A stretch of DNA of 64,000 nucleotides from Eledone cirrhosa (taxonomy: Eukaryota): NCBI GenBank assembly GCA_964016885.1, contig OZ024745.1:33046001-33110000 (forward strand), in the 5' to 3' direction. Both the position numbers and the translations under genes were made by a program. Below the pieces are notes generated by a model. That model was not told the DNA's origin and ran no database searches. It saw only the letters and a list, made by a program, of their open reading frames with translations. Positions 1-14,402 of the stretch are shown here, one piece after another (position 1 is the first letter of the stretch; every line of letters starts with the position of its first letter).

Positions 1-716
1 ATCATCAACGTTTAACGTCCGTGTTCCACGCTTGCATGGGTTTGGACGGGGGTAGTCCCACTTGAGGCAAGAGTGATTGTCTTGCTCGCATAGGACTGTC
101 TGGCAGGTTTTCTACAGTTGGATGCCCTTCCTAACACCAACCACATTTACAGTGTGGGTCTGGGAGGTTTTTACCGTGTTGCCTACACGGCCACATTACA
201 GCGTGGACTGTGTGTTTTTTTGTCGTGACACCTACACGATCTCATTTGTTTCGGCCTCGATGGCGCGGCACCAACATAACTTTACATAGAACGGGGTGTA
301 TTTTGTTAGAGATGCCTACTGGCTGGAGTAGGTTTTACTATATATTTAGGTAAGGCGGGTCTTCTCTGTTACTGAGTACCGCCAAAGGTCTCGGTCCAGT
401 GACATTGTCTTGGAGAGGTGTAAGTGTGTGATGTCGGAGTTTATCAGCTCGTCCCAGGTTTTTCTAGGTCTGCCTATTCCGTGACTACCGTCTATCTTTA
501 TTGCCCTGCACTTTGTTATACAGCTATCGACTTTCATGCGCATCACGTGTCCATACCAACGTAGCCTTCTCTCGAGTAAACAACATCTGATCCCTCTTAT
601 CTCTAATTTTTTCCTTAGTTCGTTTATGCTTTGCCGTTCACGTATATTACTGTTACACATCCAGCGGAGCATGCAAGCTTCGTTCCTCTCTAGTCTGCGT
701 ATATCCTCTGCACACA
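1..716 (-). mobile_element. 5'-truncated RTE-clade LINE (ORF2 C-terminus 346-716 plus 3' UTR and CAT tail)
   Basis: Protein [14 protein letters not shown]...[10 protein letters not shown]...GRPRKTW is the RTE C-terminus; the sequence closely matches 9718-10465 and begins with the atcatc...gtttaacgtcc tail. Confidence 0.9.
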
Positions 717-980
717 ATGCATATATATATAAATAAATATGTATATATAAAATAAATATGTATATATATATAAATAAATATATATATATATAGTATATAT
801 ATAAATAAATATATATATATATATATAAATAAATATATATATATATATATAAATAAATATATATATATATATATAAATAAATATATATATATATAAATAA
901 ATATATATATATATAAATAAATATATATAAATATATATAAATATATATAAATATATATAAATATATATATATAAATATAC
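717..980. repeat. (TA)n/(TAAA)n microsatellite
   Basis: Direct reading. Confidence 0.95.
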
Positions 981-1549
981 GATATTAAACAAATGGAAAC
1001 TACATTTATAAAACCATATTTATTTCATTATATATATTTCAGGGATATCATATTAAAAATATGGTATGCCCTCTTCAGACAAAATACAATATATAAACAG
1101 TTTTATAAATAAATTTGACATACCTTAAAAAATTTTACAACTTCCATTTAAAAAGTTGTTATGGTAGTGAAAATGTTAACGACAGTTAGAAGAAAGACGG
1201 GAGAAAAAAAGAAAAAAAGAAAAAGAAGGAAAAAGAAAAAGAAAGAGCGGAAGGTGAAGAAGATGAAGAAATGTATGTAAAGAGAAAAACACCAAATGAG
1301 AGATTTATGAGGGAAGGGGGTACTGTAATTATTTATTTATTTATTTAGTGTTAAGGATACGGGGAGAAATAAAAACAAAAATAAATAAGGAGAGGTAGAT
1401 CGAGTAATATCTATTATACGAGGTGGGAGAGATAGGGGAGGGGTGAGATACAGGAGATAGAGTTAAAACAGCCGATACATAAGTCCCGTCAATATCAGTT
1501 ATAAAATATTTACTCGTTGTAACCCAACAATTTTAAATAAAACTTTTGC

Positions 1550-1634
1550 ATATATATAAATATATATATAAATAAATATATATATATATATATGTAAATA
1601 AATATATATATATATATATATATATGTAAATAAA

Positions 1635-1668
<34 letters not shown>

Positions 1669-1685
1669 TAAATATATATATGTAA

Positions 1686-1736
<51 letters not shown>

Positions 1737-2270
1737 TATAAATATATATATAAATATATAAATATATATATAAATATATATATATAAATATAAATATATA
1801 TTTATGTAAATATATATATAAATATATATATAAATAATATATATATATAAATATATATATAAAAACAAATAACGAAACGAAATTAAATTTCGTTTCGTTT
1901 GTAACTCACTTTTGTATGACTTACGCTTAAATATATATATATAAATAAATAATATATATATATAAATATATATATATAAATAAATAATATATATATATAA
2001 ATATATAAATAAATAATATATATATATAAATATATATATATAAATAAATAATATATATATATATAAATATATATATATAAATAAATAAATAAATAATATA
2101 TATATATAAATATATATATATAAATAAATAATATATATATATATAAATATATATATATAAATAAATAATATATATAAATAAATATATATATATAAATAAA
2201 TAATATATATAAATAAATATATATATATAAATAAATATATATATATATAAATATATATATATAAATAAAT

Positions 2271-2302
<32 letters not shown>

Positions 2303-2485
2303 AATATATATATATAAATAAATAAATAATATATATATATAAATATATATATATAAATAAATAATATATATATATATAAATATATATATATAAATAAATA
2401 ATATATATAAATAAATATATATATATAAATAAATAATATATATAAATAAATATATATATATATAAATATATATATATAAATAAAT

Positions 2486-2517
<32 letters not shown>

Positions 2518-2994
2518 AATATATATATATAAATAAATAAATAATATATATATATAAATATATATATATAAATATATATATATAAATATATATATATAAA
2601 TATATATATAAATATATATATAAATAAATATATATATAAATAAATATATATATAAATAAATATATATATAAATAAATATATATATAAATAAATATATATA
2701 TAAATAAATATATATATAAATAAATATATATATAAATAAATATATATATAAATAAATATATATATATATATAAATATATATAAATAAATATATATATATA
2801 TATAAATATATATAAATAAATATATATATATATATAAATATATATAAATAAATATATATATATAAATATATATATATAAATATATATAAATAAATATATA
2901 TATATAAATATATATATATAAATAAATATATATATAAATAAATATATATATATAAATAAATATATATATATAAATAAATATATATATATATAAA

Positions 2995-3036
<42 letters not shown>

Positions 3037-4040
3037 TATATATATATATATAAATATATAAATAAATAAATAAATAAATATATATATAAATAATTATATA
3101 TATATATATATAAATAATTATATATATATATATATATAAATAATTATATATATATATATATATAAATAATTATATATATATATATATATAAATAATTATA
3201 TATATATATATATATAAATAATTATATATATATATATATAAATAATTATATATATATATATATATAAATAATTATATATATATATATATATAAATAATTA
3301 TATATATATATATATATAAATAATTATATATATAAATAAATATATATATAAATAAATAAATATATATATATATAAATAAATAAATATATATATATATAAA
3401 TAAATAAATATATATATAAATAAATAAATATATATATATATAAATAAATAAATAAATATATATATAAATAAATAAATATATATATATATAAATAAATAAA
3501 TATATATATATATAAATAAATATATATATATATAAATAAATATATATATATATAAATAATTATATATATATATAAATAATTATATATATATATAAATAAT
3601 TATATATATATATAAATAATTATATATATATATATATAATTATATATATATATATATAATTATATATATATATAAATAATTATATATATATATAAATAAT
3701 TATATATATATATATATATAAATAATTATATATATATATATAAATAATTATATATATATATATATAAATAATTATATATATATATATATATATATAAATA
3801 ATTATATATATATATATATATAAATAAATAAATGTATATATATATAAATAAATGTATATATATATAAATAAATAAATATATATATATATAAATAAATAAA
3901 TATATATATATATATAAATAATTATATATATATATAAATAATTATATATATAAATAATTATATATATAAATATAAATAATTATATATATAAATAATTATA
4001 TATATAAATATAAATAATTATATATATAAATATAAATAAT

Positions 4041-4090
<50 letters not shown>

Positions 4091-4515
4091 TATAAATATA
4101 TATATAAATATATAAATATATATATAAATATATATATATAAATATAAATATATATTTATGTAAATATATATATAAATATATATATAAATAATATATATAT
4201 ATAAATATATATATAAAAACAAATAACGAAACGAAATTAAATTTCGTTTCGTTTGTAACTCACTTTTGTATGACTTACGCTTAAATATATATATATAAAT
4301 AAATAATATATATATATAAATATATATATATAAATAAATAATATATATATATAAATATATATATATAAATAAATAATATATATATATATAAATATATATA
4401 TATAAATAAATAATATATATAAATAAATATATATATATAAATAAATAATATATATAAATAAATATATATATATAAATAAATATATATATATATAAATATA
4501 TATATATAAATAAAT

Positions 4516-4547
<32 letters not shown>

Positions 4548-4765
4548 AATATATATATATAAATAAATAAATAATATATATATATAAATATATATATATA
4601 AATAAATAATATATATATATATAAATATATATATATAAATAAATAATATATATAAATAAATATATATATATAAATAAATAATATATATAAATAAATATAT
4701 ATATATAAATAAATAATATATATAAATAAATATATATATATATAAATATATATATATAAATAAAT

Positions 4766-4797
<32 letters not shown>

Positions 4798-5290
4798 AAT
4801 ATATATATATAAATAAATAAATAATATATATATATAAATATATATATATAAATATATATATATAAATATATATATATAAATATATATATAAATATATATA
4901 TAAATAAATATATATATAAATAAATATATATATAAATAAATATATATATAAATAAATATATATATAAATAAATATATATATAAATAAATATATATATAAA
5001 TAAATATATATATAAATAAATATATATATAAATAAATATATATATAAATAAATATATATATATATATAAATATATATAAATAAATATATATATATATATA
5101 AATATATATAAATAAATATATATATATATATAAATATATATAAATAAATATATATATATAAATATATATATATAAATATATATAAATAAATATATATATA
5201 TAAATATATATATATAAATAAATATATATATAAATAAATATATATATATAAATAAATATATATATATAAATAAATATATATATATATAAA

Positions 5291-5332
<42 letters not shown>

Positions 5333-6360
5333 TATATATATATATATAAATATATAAATAAATAAATAAATAAATATATATATAAATAATTATATATATA
5401 TATATATAAATAATTATATATATATATATATAAAAATAATTATATATATATATATATATAAATAATTATATATATATATATATATAAATAATTATATATA
5501 TATATATATATAAATAATTATATATATATATATATATAAATAATTATATATATATATATATAAATAATTATATATATATATATATATAAATAATTATATA
5601 TATATATATATATAAATAATTATATATATATATATATATAAATAATTATATATATAAATAAATATATATATAAATAAATAAATATATATATATATAAATA
5701 AATAAATATATATATATATAAATAAATAAATATATATATAAATAAATAAATATATATATATATAAATAAATAAATAAATATATATATAAATAAATAAATA
5801 TATATATATATAAATAAATAAATATATATATATATAAATAAATATATATATATATAAATAAATATATATATATATAAATAATTATATATATATATAAATA
5901 ATTATATATATATATAAATAATTATATATATATATAAATAATTATATATATATATATATAATTATATATATATATATATAATTATATATATATATAAATA
6001 ATTATATATATATATAAATAATTATATATATATATATATATAAATAATTATATATATATATATAAATAATTATATATATATATATATAAATAATTATATA
6101 TATATATATATATATATAAATAATTATATATATATATATATATAAATAAATAAATGTATATATATATAAATAAATGTATATATATATAAATAAATAAATA
6201 TATATATATATAAATAAATAAATATATATATATATATATAAATAATTATATATATATATAAATAATTATATATATAAATAATTATATATATAAATATAAA
6301 TAATTATATATATAAATAATTATATATATAAATATAAATAATTATATATATAAATATAAA

Positions 6361-6430
<70 letters not shown>

Positions 6431-6433
6431 AAT

Positions 6434-6479
<46 letters not shown>

Positions 6480-6530
6480 ATATAAATATATATATATATA
6501 AATATATATATATATACACACACACACACT
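1550..6530. repeat. ~5 kb complex (TA)n/TAAA/TAAT satellite containing a ~2.3 kb tandem duplication
   Basis: A unique ~70 bp island occurs at 1861-1930 and again at 4216-4284; the aatgtata markers recur at ~3831 and ~6153. Confidence 0.9.
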
Positions 6531-7496
6531 CTGTGTGTGTGTATTTGTACAGTTGTTTCAGAACAATTATTTAATGTTCTAAGCTGACATAGCTTAAGAC
6601 TTACAGATTATAGCTGATTAGTATTCCACCTCAGTTCTATTCTCACTATACTGAGCCAATGACCATGAAATTTGAACTATTTAAAACCGATTTAGCTTAT
6701 TTGTTTACTGACAACTATAAAATAAAAGATTTTATGTTGCAAAGAAGAGTTTAAACTCCTATATAAATGTCAATTAGCATGGTTACATTAACTTGTTTAC
6801 TTCAATATATTGATAAATTATAAACACACAAACTTTCAACTTTATTGAGGACAATTTAGCAAGGGAGCTTTCACCTGGTCACGTGACATGTTAGAAATAG
6901 CAACCAATTCTTCCTCAAATCATAGCCTACCATCTTTAAAATAATGAAGTATAAGTTGGATAATGCCAGCAAATAAAACAGGACAAACCGGGCAGTGTGT
7001 TGTGTTTTTGAGCAGGACTCACTTTGCTTTTCATGATAGGACTGCGTTCCCTATTATATAAAACAACCAAGAAATCCCTTATGAGATACAACTCTATGGA
7101 AGGCCTGCTAAACTTACATAGGTATGAACTGTAAACTTAATTTGTTCTTTTTTTTCTTCTTCTTCAAAGAGGCAGTTGGTAGAGAATTAATCTCCTCTCA
7201 GTATGTGAGATAAAGACTCAGTGTGAGAAACAGACTTTAATGATGAAATAAAATAAACTGGCCAAGTAACAAATAGCTTTTAAAACAAATAATGCCAAGT
7301 GGTTTGACAACAGCAAATGTAACTAATGTCCTCTTAAAATAGCAAGGAGGTGGGGTATGACTCAGGTTTTTCTTAGATCACAAAGAGGTGCACATAATGC
7401 TTGTCTCGTCTATCTTTAGTTACACTTAAGATGGAAGGAAATAAGTTCTTATAAATAACAGTTGGATACCATTAATACAGTTGGCTACGGTAATAT

Positions 7497-7735
7497 TAAC
7501 CCTTTTGATACCAACTAACCAGAAACCGACCCTGTTTTTTTTTATATATACCAAATTGTTTATTTAAAGTGTTTATATTTATCTATAAACTTTCCATCAT
7601 AATTTTATGTAAGAACCTTTGTTAAGTTATGTTCCAAACACCAGCTTAATGAGAAGGTTAGTTATATCCCTCTAAATTCTTCATTATTTTCAAAATATTT
7701 TGAAAATCACAGGCAGTATATATAATTAATAATAT
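7497..7735 (+). mobile_element. piggyBac-type MITE, family A (partial)
   Basis: Starts TTAA-CCCTTTTGATACCAAC; body similar to 43838-44217 and 47123-47374. Confidence 0.65.
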
Positions 7736-8044
7736 GTAATATAGATGGAAGGAAATAGGAATGTTATCTCGAAGACAGGCTCTTCTCTTAAATTACAGTT
7801 AGATACCAGATTCATTAACAAACTAATCGCATATCTTTAAAAAGAGCTAATGGCAAAAATTGTACTTAAAGACAACAGAATATTTTAAAGAAATGGAGAA
7901 AGTACTACCAATTACTACTGAACTTGTAAAACATAGGACTTCTTCGTGATAGACAGCTTCTTAGTTGATCTGAGTTGCAGGACAATCTTTCTGAGCTGAA
8001 TTCTACTCCCAAAATAAGGGTATAAGAACTAAGGATATGTGATA

Positions 8045-8240
8045 TACAAGGGTTGGCTGAAAAGTTCATAGGCTGACCAAGATACTCTCATGTAATGACC
8101 AAATGGGGTTTATTTTTCAACATAGTCTCTGGAAAGAAGCAATGCCGTTATTAATAAGAACAGTTGAAATTAATGCATGCAAAATTTCACAGCATCACTC
8201 TGTCATAGTCAGCCTATGAACATTTCAGCCCAACTTTGTA
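8045..8240. mobile_element. Tc1/mariner-type MITE (~195 bp)
   Basis: TIRs tacaagggttggctgaaaagttcataggctgac / gtcagcctatgaacatttcagcccaactttgta with TA ends; second copy at 37594. Confidence 0.85.
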
Positions 8241-9717
8241 GTGCTTCCTTGAATTTTCTGCTGAGTTTAGGATGGAGAGAAGTCTCCAAAACATTGAAAA
8301 GTTGCTGATTGTTCTTATCTAGACGAGAGACAGAAACATCTGCAGTAACAATCCTGTTAATTCACTACTATATCATACATATCAAGTTGATACACATCAT
8401 ATAGAAACTGCTCGACCAGAGGTTCAACTTTGACTTTAGAAGAAGACATAAAAACACAAACAACATGACAGTTAATATCGTAGAAATAAATGCATGAAAC
8501 AAATTATAACATATACTGTTGATAAATAAACTGGGACAATGTAGGATAAGAGTGGATCCTTTTGTCTTGTCATGGACTTGACAAATACTTTAGTGTGTGT
8601 GTGGGCATGATAAAATACACCCAGTTCACTCTGCAAAGTGGTTGACATTAGGAAAGATATCTAACAATAGATGCCACCAAAATATGGAATTATGAGCAAG
8701 ATTTGATTACCTGACCCATCTAATGACCCATAAACCTACACCAGCATGTTAAACAAAATGGTGATGGTGATGATGATTGTAGTCAAATATAAAAATGAGG
8801 CTTAAGATATGAGGAAGATATGAGGAATGAGGCTTAAGATATATATTGCACTGTGTTATTTCTGTTTACTTTTTACTTATATAGCAGTTCAGTAGAAAGA
8901 TATTCATAAAATAAATCCAAGATTTGAAAAAATAAGTACTGGGATTGTTATAATCGATAAAATCTCTTTAAGGAGATGCCTCAGCATGGCCACAGTCTAG
9001 CAACAGAAAAGAAATCAGTGTGATGTTAGTTCACAGTTCCAATTTGCTCTGTAAATAATTGCTTCTATGTGGAATATCTTTTAGTTTGTTTGGAGCTCTA
9101 GTTAGATTATCTGAATTTCCAGACAAGGGATGGGAGACTGTATGAAGTGTGTGTGGGGTGGGTGGTCCCTTTTTAGTCTGGAGTGGATCGGACTGATTGA
9201 CAATCAAACTGCATCAAAATAGAATAGAGATGACCCTTTAGTCTTGTCAGGGACATGATAACCCCTCTAGTGCTGATATCACAATGGGGTACATCCAGTA
9301 TGCTCTATAAAGTAGTTGATCAAACAGAGACAATATAGAGCGAAAGTTCTCAACGGGAGGGGAGGCGTTTCGGAGCTCCGGGGGACCGTTTTGGAGCAAG
9401 GGGGCGTTTGAAGCTTTGGGAGGACGCTAGGCTATTTACTTAAGTAAGTTTTATAAGCCATATTGTACGTCTCTGAGACAGCCAGTGTGAATGCATTTGA
9501 ATGAAGAAAACGAAGAAAATAAATAAAAGTAGCTTGTCAACGAATTCCCTAGGGAGATAAAAGAAAAACGAAAGAATTCGAAGAAAATGAAAATAAGGAC
9601 GTCAACTTTTACAACAGTTACAAGAACAACTTCAACAGAAATGACAAGAAAAAGAAGCAATGGTGATGAAAGGTGTGGGTGTATACATATACAATCATAC
9701 ACACACATGCATATGTA

Positions 9718-11668
9718 CATCATCATCATCATCGTTTAACGTCCATTTTCCACGCTAGCATAGGTCTGAACGGGAATTGTCCCACTTGAGACAAGATTGG
9801 TTGTCTTGCTCGTATAGGACTGTCTGGCAGGTTTTCTACGGCTGGATGCCCTTCTTAACACCAACCACGTTTACAGTGTGGACTGGGAGGTTTTTACCGT
9901 GTTACCTACATGGCCACATTACAGCGTGGACTGTGTGTTTTTTTGTCGTGACACCTACACGGCCTCATTTGTTTCGGACTGGATGTTGTGGTACCAACAT
10001 AACTTTACATTGAAAGGGGTGGTGTGGATGGGGTGGGGGTAGTGGGACGGGGGTGTATTTGTTAGAGGTGCCTACTGACTAGTCGGTTTCGCTTTGTACT
10101 TAGGTAAGGTGGGTCTTCTGTATTACTGTGTAGCACCAAAGATCTCGGTCCAGTGACATTGTCTTGGAGAGGTGTAAGTGTGTGAGGTCGGAATTTATCA
10201 AGTCGTCCCAGGTTTTTCTGGGTCTGCCTACTCCGTGGCTACCGTCTATTTTTATTGCCCTGCACTTTTTTATACAGCTGTCGTCTTTCATGCGCATCAC
10301 GTGACCATACCAATGTAGTCTTCTCTCGAGTAAACAACATCTGATCCCTCTTATTTTTCCCTTAGTTCATTTATACTTTGCCGTTCACGTATATTACTAT
10401 TACACATCCAGCGGAGCATGCAAGCTTCGTTCCTCTCCAGTCTGCGTATATCCTCTGCACACAATTCCCAGGTCTCACTGCCATGTAACATTGCTGTTCG
10501 TATGCAGGCATCATACAGCCTGCCTTTCATTTTTAGAGAGAACCCTTTAGCGGCTAATAGTGGTATAAGCTCTCTGAACTTTTTCCATCCAGTTCTGACT
10601 CTAGCTACTGTACTTTCAGAGCACCCTCCACCACTGCTGATTTTGTCACCCAAGTAACGGAAGGTGTCCACTATTTCTATAGAACCATCTGTGCAATGGA
10701 ATGAACTAGTATTCTGTGGGCACTTGCTGCTACTTATTGCACCAGAGCACCAGCCACATATAAAATCTATGTTCTTAGTTAGCTTACCTGTGATCCCACT
10801 ACATCTTTTATGCACCCATACTTTGCATTTGGGACATAAAATGGAGTTTCTACCTACTCCTTTCCTACATACTGAGCATGGCCATTTCCCGGATGGGACC
10901 GGTGCCCTATTTTCCTTCCTACAAACTAGAACTTTAGTCTTAGATAGGTTAATTTTGAGGCCTTTTGATTCTAGGCCATGCTTCCATGTTTGGAATTTTT
11001 TCTCTAGTTCAGCCATTGATTCAGCTATGAGCGTTAGATCATCTGCGTATAGGAGTTCCCATGGGCAGCCGGTCTTGAACTCCACTGTTATAGCCTGAAG
11101 GGCAATAATAAATAGTAGGGGGCTAAGAATGGAGCCCTGATGAACACCAACTTTTACGCTAAACTCTTCACTATATTCGTTGTTAATTCTAACCTTGTGG
11201 ACTGTTTCTTTATACATGGCTTGTATAGCTCTCACAAGCCATTCATCAACACCTAGTTTTCTAAGAGCCCACCAGATAATAGGGGTTTACTTTTAGCTAG
11301 GTACTTCTCCTGTAGTTGTCGTAAAATGAAAAGAGTGTCTGTGGTACTTTTTCCTGACACAAACCCGAACTGCATTTCATCTAGATCAATTCTCTCTCTG
11401 ATTAGTTGCGCTATTACTTTATCCGTCACCTTCATGACCTGGTCGATTAATTTAATGCCTCGATAGTTACTGCTATCTAGGGCATCTCCTTTACCCTTGT
11501 AGCAGTTAATGATGATGCTGCTACGCCAGTCCTTTGGAACAACCCCATTCTGTATGACTTGGTTTACAATCCGGGTGACCATGGTGTGTCCTACCGTTCC
11601 AGAAGCTTTCAGCATTTCAGCAACTATTTCCGAAGGCCCAGCCGCCTTACCCGTCTTCATATCTTTGC
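9718..11668 (-). mobile_element. RTE-clade LINE, 5'-truncated, disrupted reverse transcriptase
   Basis: ORFs 11253-11690, 10351-11235 and 10100-10300 carry NYRGI, QFGF, GVHQGSILSPLLF, LLYADDL, FRYLG and GRPRKTW; (CAT)n tail at 9718-9732. Confidence 0.95.
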
Positions 11669-11969
11669 ATACATACATATATACACACACAGGCTGGAGT
11701 TGGTGTTTGATGAGGTTGAGAACCTGGTCAGCTTCCAGCCAGAGCTGTGGTATTTAATCTCCCTAGGTAATAAAATCTGGAGACAAAATTCTCTCCTTAC
11801 CCCCCCAAAAAAAACAACATAAATCATGTCAACATCCTTACACACTTAAATATAAATGCATGTATATATACAAATGTATAAATGCATAGCTATATACATA
11901 GGTAAATGTTTGTATGTATAAATGTATGTATGTATGTAGATTTATATATATATATATATATATATGTGT

Positions 11970-12196
11970 GTCACAACAAAAAAACACAGTCCACGGTGTA
12001 ATGTGACCGTGTAGGTAACACGGTAAAAAGTTCCCAGTCCACACTGTAAATGTGGTTGGTGTTAGGAAGGGCATCCAGTTGTAGAAAACCTGCCAGATAG
12101 TCCTATATAAGCGAGACACGGTCACCCGACCAACCTTGCCTCAAGTGGGACAACTTCCGTCTAACCCATGCTAGCGTGGAAGATGGACGTTAAACA
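11970..12196 (+). mobile_element. RTE 3'-end fragment (opposite orientation to the 9718 copy)
   Basis: Reverse complement of 9733-9955 and nearly identical to 37943-38172. Confidence 0.85.
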
Positions 12197-12239
12197 AAGC
12201 CGATAGATATATATAAGTAAAAGGTAAACAGAAATAACA

Positions 12240-12273
<34 letters not shown>

Positions 12274-12500
12274 TTTTTTTTGTTTTCTTTTTTCAGTCTG
12301 GTCTACCTCTGGTGATAGGGTCCATACCGTAGATAGGACTCAATGTAATCTTGTAAAATCCATAGAGAAGTTCCGTGTTTCGCTGAATTAATTCTTTAGA
12401 TACAGAGTCAGATATTAGATATTAAATTAACAACAAACATAAAAACAAAATTATAAAGTAACTTGACTTTGTTCTTTTTATTTTCATTGTTAACTTGATA

Positions 12501-12532
<32 letters not shown>

Positions 12533-12536
12533 GAGC

Positions 12537-12740
12537 AGTGTGACAAGAAGCTTGCTTTCCAACCACATGTTTCCGGGTTCAGTCCCACTGCCCGGGCTGA
12601 CCAAAGCCCTGTGAGTGGATTTGATAGACCGAAACTAAAAGAAGCGTGTCGTATCTATGTCTGTGTGTGTCTTTGCGTTTGTGTTTGCCCTCCCACCAAT
12701 GCTTGTTGGTTTGTTGACGTCCCCATAACTTACCAAGGTG
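12537..12740 (+). mobile_element. tRNA-derived SINE, family 1 (internally deleted)
   Basis: B-box-like gggttcagtccc followed by gaccaaagccctgtgagtggatttg; related sequence at 36520-36630 and 48060-48210. Confidence 0.65.
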
Positions 12741-12791
12741 ATGTTCCAGCATGGGTGTAGTCCAGAGACAGAAAAAAAGTAAAGTGTGTAT

Positions 12792-12849
<58 letters not shown>

Positions 12850-12954
12850 AAGAGGGGTCTCAAACTCAAGGACATAAAAGGGCCATTACATCCTGGAGGA
12901 GAGGCACTGGGCCAAACGTGGTGCTGGGTGATGATTTTCACCAGTTATAATCAT

Positions 12955-13088
12955 TTTTACTATAGGCACAAGGCATGAAATTTAGGGTTTAGGGTCCTGT
13001 TGATTACATCGATCCCAGTTCACAACTGGTACTTAATTTATTGACCCCAAAATGATGAAAGGCAAAGTTGAGATCGGCAGAATTTGAG
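12955..13088 (-). mobile_element. tRNA-derived SINE, family 2 (partial)
   Basis: ggcacaaggc...gatgaaaggcaaagtt...aatttga core shared with many copies in the window. Confidence 0.75.
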
Positions 13089-13940
13089 GAGGGGGGGGGG
13101 GGGTTCGTGATTTTGAAGGGAAAAAGGAGGCATTTGGCCGAAATGGGTTGAAAACCTTTCATATAGAGTAAAGAAAACTCTTCAGTCTGGCCAAGCACAT
13201 GACAACCTCTCTAGTGCTGGTGTTATGATAACATGCACCCAGTATACTCCATAAAGTGGTTGGCATTAGAACCAACCAGCCATAGAAACCATGCCAAAAT
13301 ATAAAACATGATCTAGATATAGTTATCTAATCATGTCTTAAACTGTGTCAACCCATCCAGCCCACGTCAGCATGGAAAATGGACATATGATGATGATGAT
13401 TTATAAGAGTGAAATAGACAGAAAAATTCACAAGATTGCTTACAGGAAAATATTTATGCTAAATTAGGAATGAAAAATAAAGTCTTGTTTGGTTGGTCGG
13501 TTGGTTGGAAACTGTTATACTGGTAGTTATTCTACTTATGGTCAACTGGACATAAAGAATACAAAAGTCATCACAAACTACAAACCTATGGTAACTAATA
13601 TAGAACCAGCCAGGGAATTAAGCAAACCACATAGAACCACAAACAAATTAAGAAACCAGTGAAATTAGTATGACCACAAGCATTTTAAAGCCATTTTCCC
13701 TGCTAAAACAGGGATTAGTCATTCAAACATCAAAATAGGCTCCGTAATCGTCATGGAGTCTTTTTAAGGCTAAATTTGAGGCCCTTCTCTAAAAAAATGT
13801 TTAATAATTCTACATGATTATTGTTTTTTATGATTTAGTGTTAGGGAATAAAAATATATTTTAAAAAAACAAGGCCTCTGAGGGTGTGTGACCCTAAGCT
13901 ACAGTTTATAGGTAAGTCCAGCACTGATTACAATTATATA

Positions 13941-14165
13941 CTAGCAAAAGAACTCATTGCCAGGCTCACCTTTCACCAGTGTAAATAAAGACCTCTTTCC
14001 TCCATCTTTAAATAGCCCCAGAACTCTGCTATTTTAGAGAAAGATTTTGACATGCTCCAGGAGCTAAATAACGTACATATCAAATTTGAACAAAATCGGA
14101 TGGAAACTGTGGAAATGCATTGCCTGCATACAGACAGGCATTTTCATTTTTATATATATAGAAGA
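13941..14165 (-). mobile_element. Non-autonomous Helitron
   Basis: Minus strand reads A|TCTTCTATATATA...CTAG|T (TC start, CTAG end, A/T target); the 3' hairpin is degraded. Confidence 0.65.
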
Positions 14166-14195
14166 TAAAAAAAATAGGATAAATAAATGAAATAA

Positions 14196-14402
14196 TTGTT
14201 TCTACTTTTGGCACAAGGCCAGCAATTTGAAGGGAAAGGAGAAAGTCGATTAAATCAACCCCAGTGCATTATTCTATCAACCCCCACACAAGGGTGAAAA
14301 GCAAAGCTAACCTCAGTGTGATTTGAACTCAGAATACAAAGGGCCATAACTATATGCTGCAAAGCATGTCCGATGCTCTATCGATAGCGCCAATCCACCG
14401 CC
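14196..14402 (-). mobile_element. SINE family 2
   Basis: ggcacaaggcc...atttgaactcagaa (B box gagttcaaat on minus)...gccaatccaccgc. Confidence 0.8.

Larger units (their letters stand above)
9341..13160 (+). mobile_element. Non-autonomous hAT (Buster/Charlie-like) element inflated by nested insertions
   Basis: 8-bp TSD ATATAGAG at 9333-9340 and 13161-13168; ends cgaaagttctcaac / gttgaaaacctttc; both ends homologous to the element at 31734-32380. Confidence 0.85.

Noticed and set aside
77-289. Recurrent short ORF WQVFYxWMPFLTPTTFTVW (also 9777, 11838, 38015)
   Set aside because: Antisense reading of the RTE 3' UTR; recurrence reflects repeat copy number, and starts and ends are not conserved
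690-6529. Ile/Tyr-repeat ORFs (IYIYIY...)
   Set aside because: Translations of (TA)n microsatellite
1550-6530. CRISPR-like or coded repeat array
   Set aside because: No constant repeat with unique spacers; simple-sequence slippage in eukaryotic DNA
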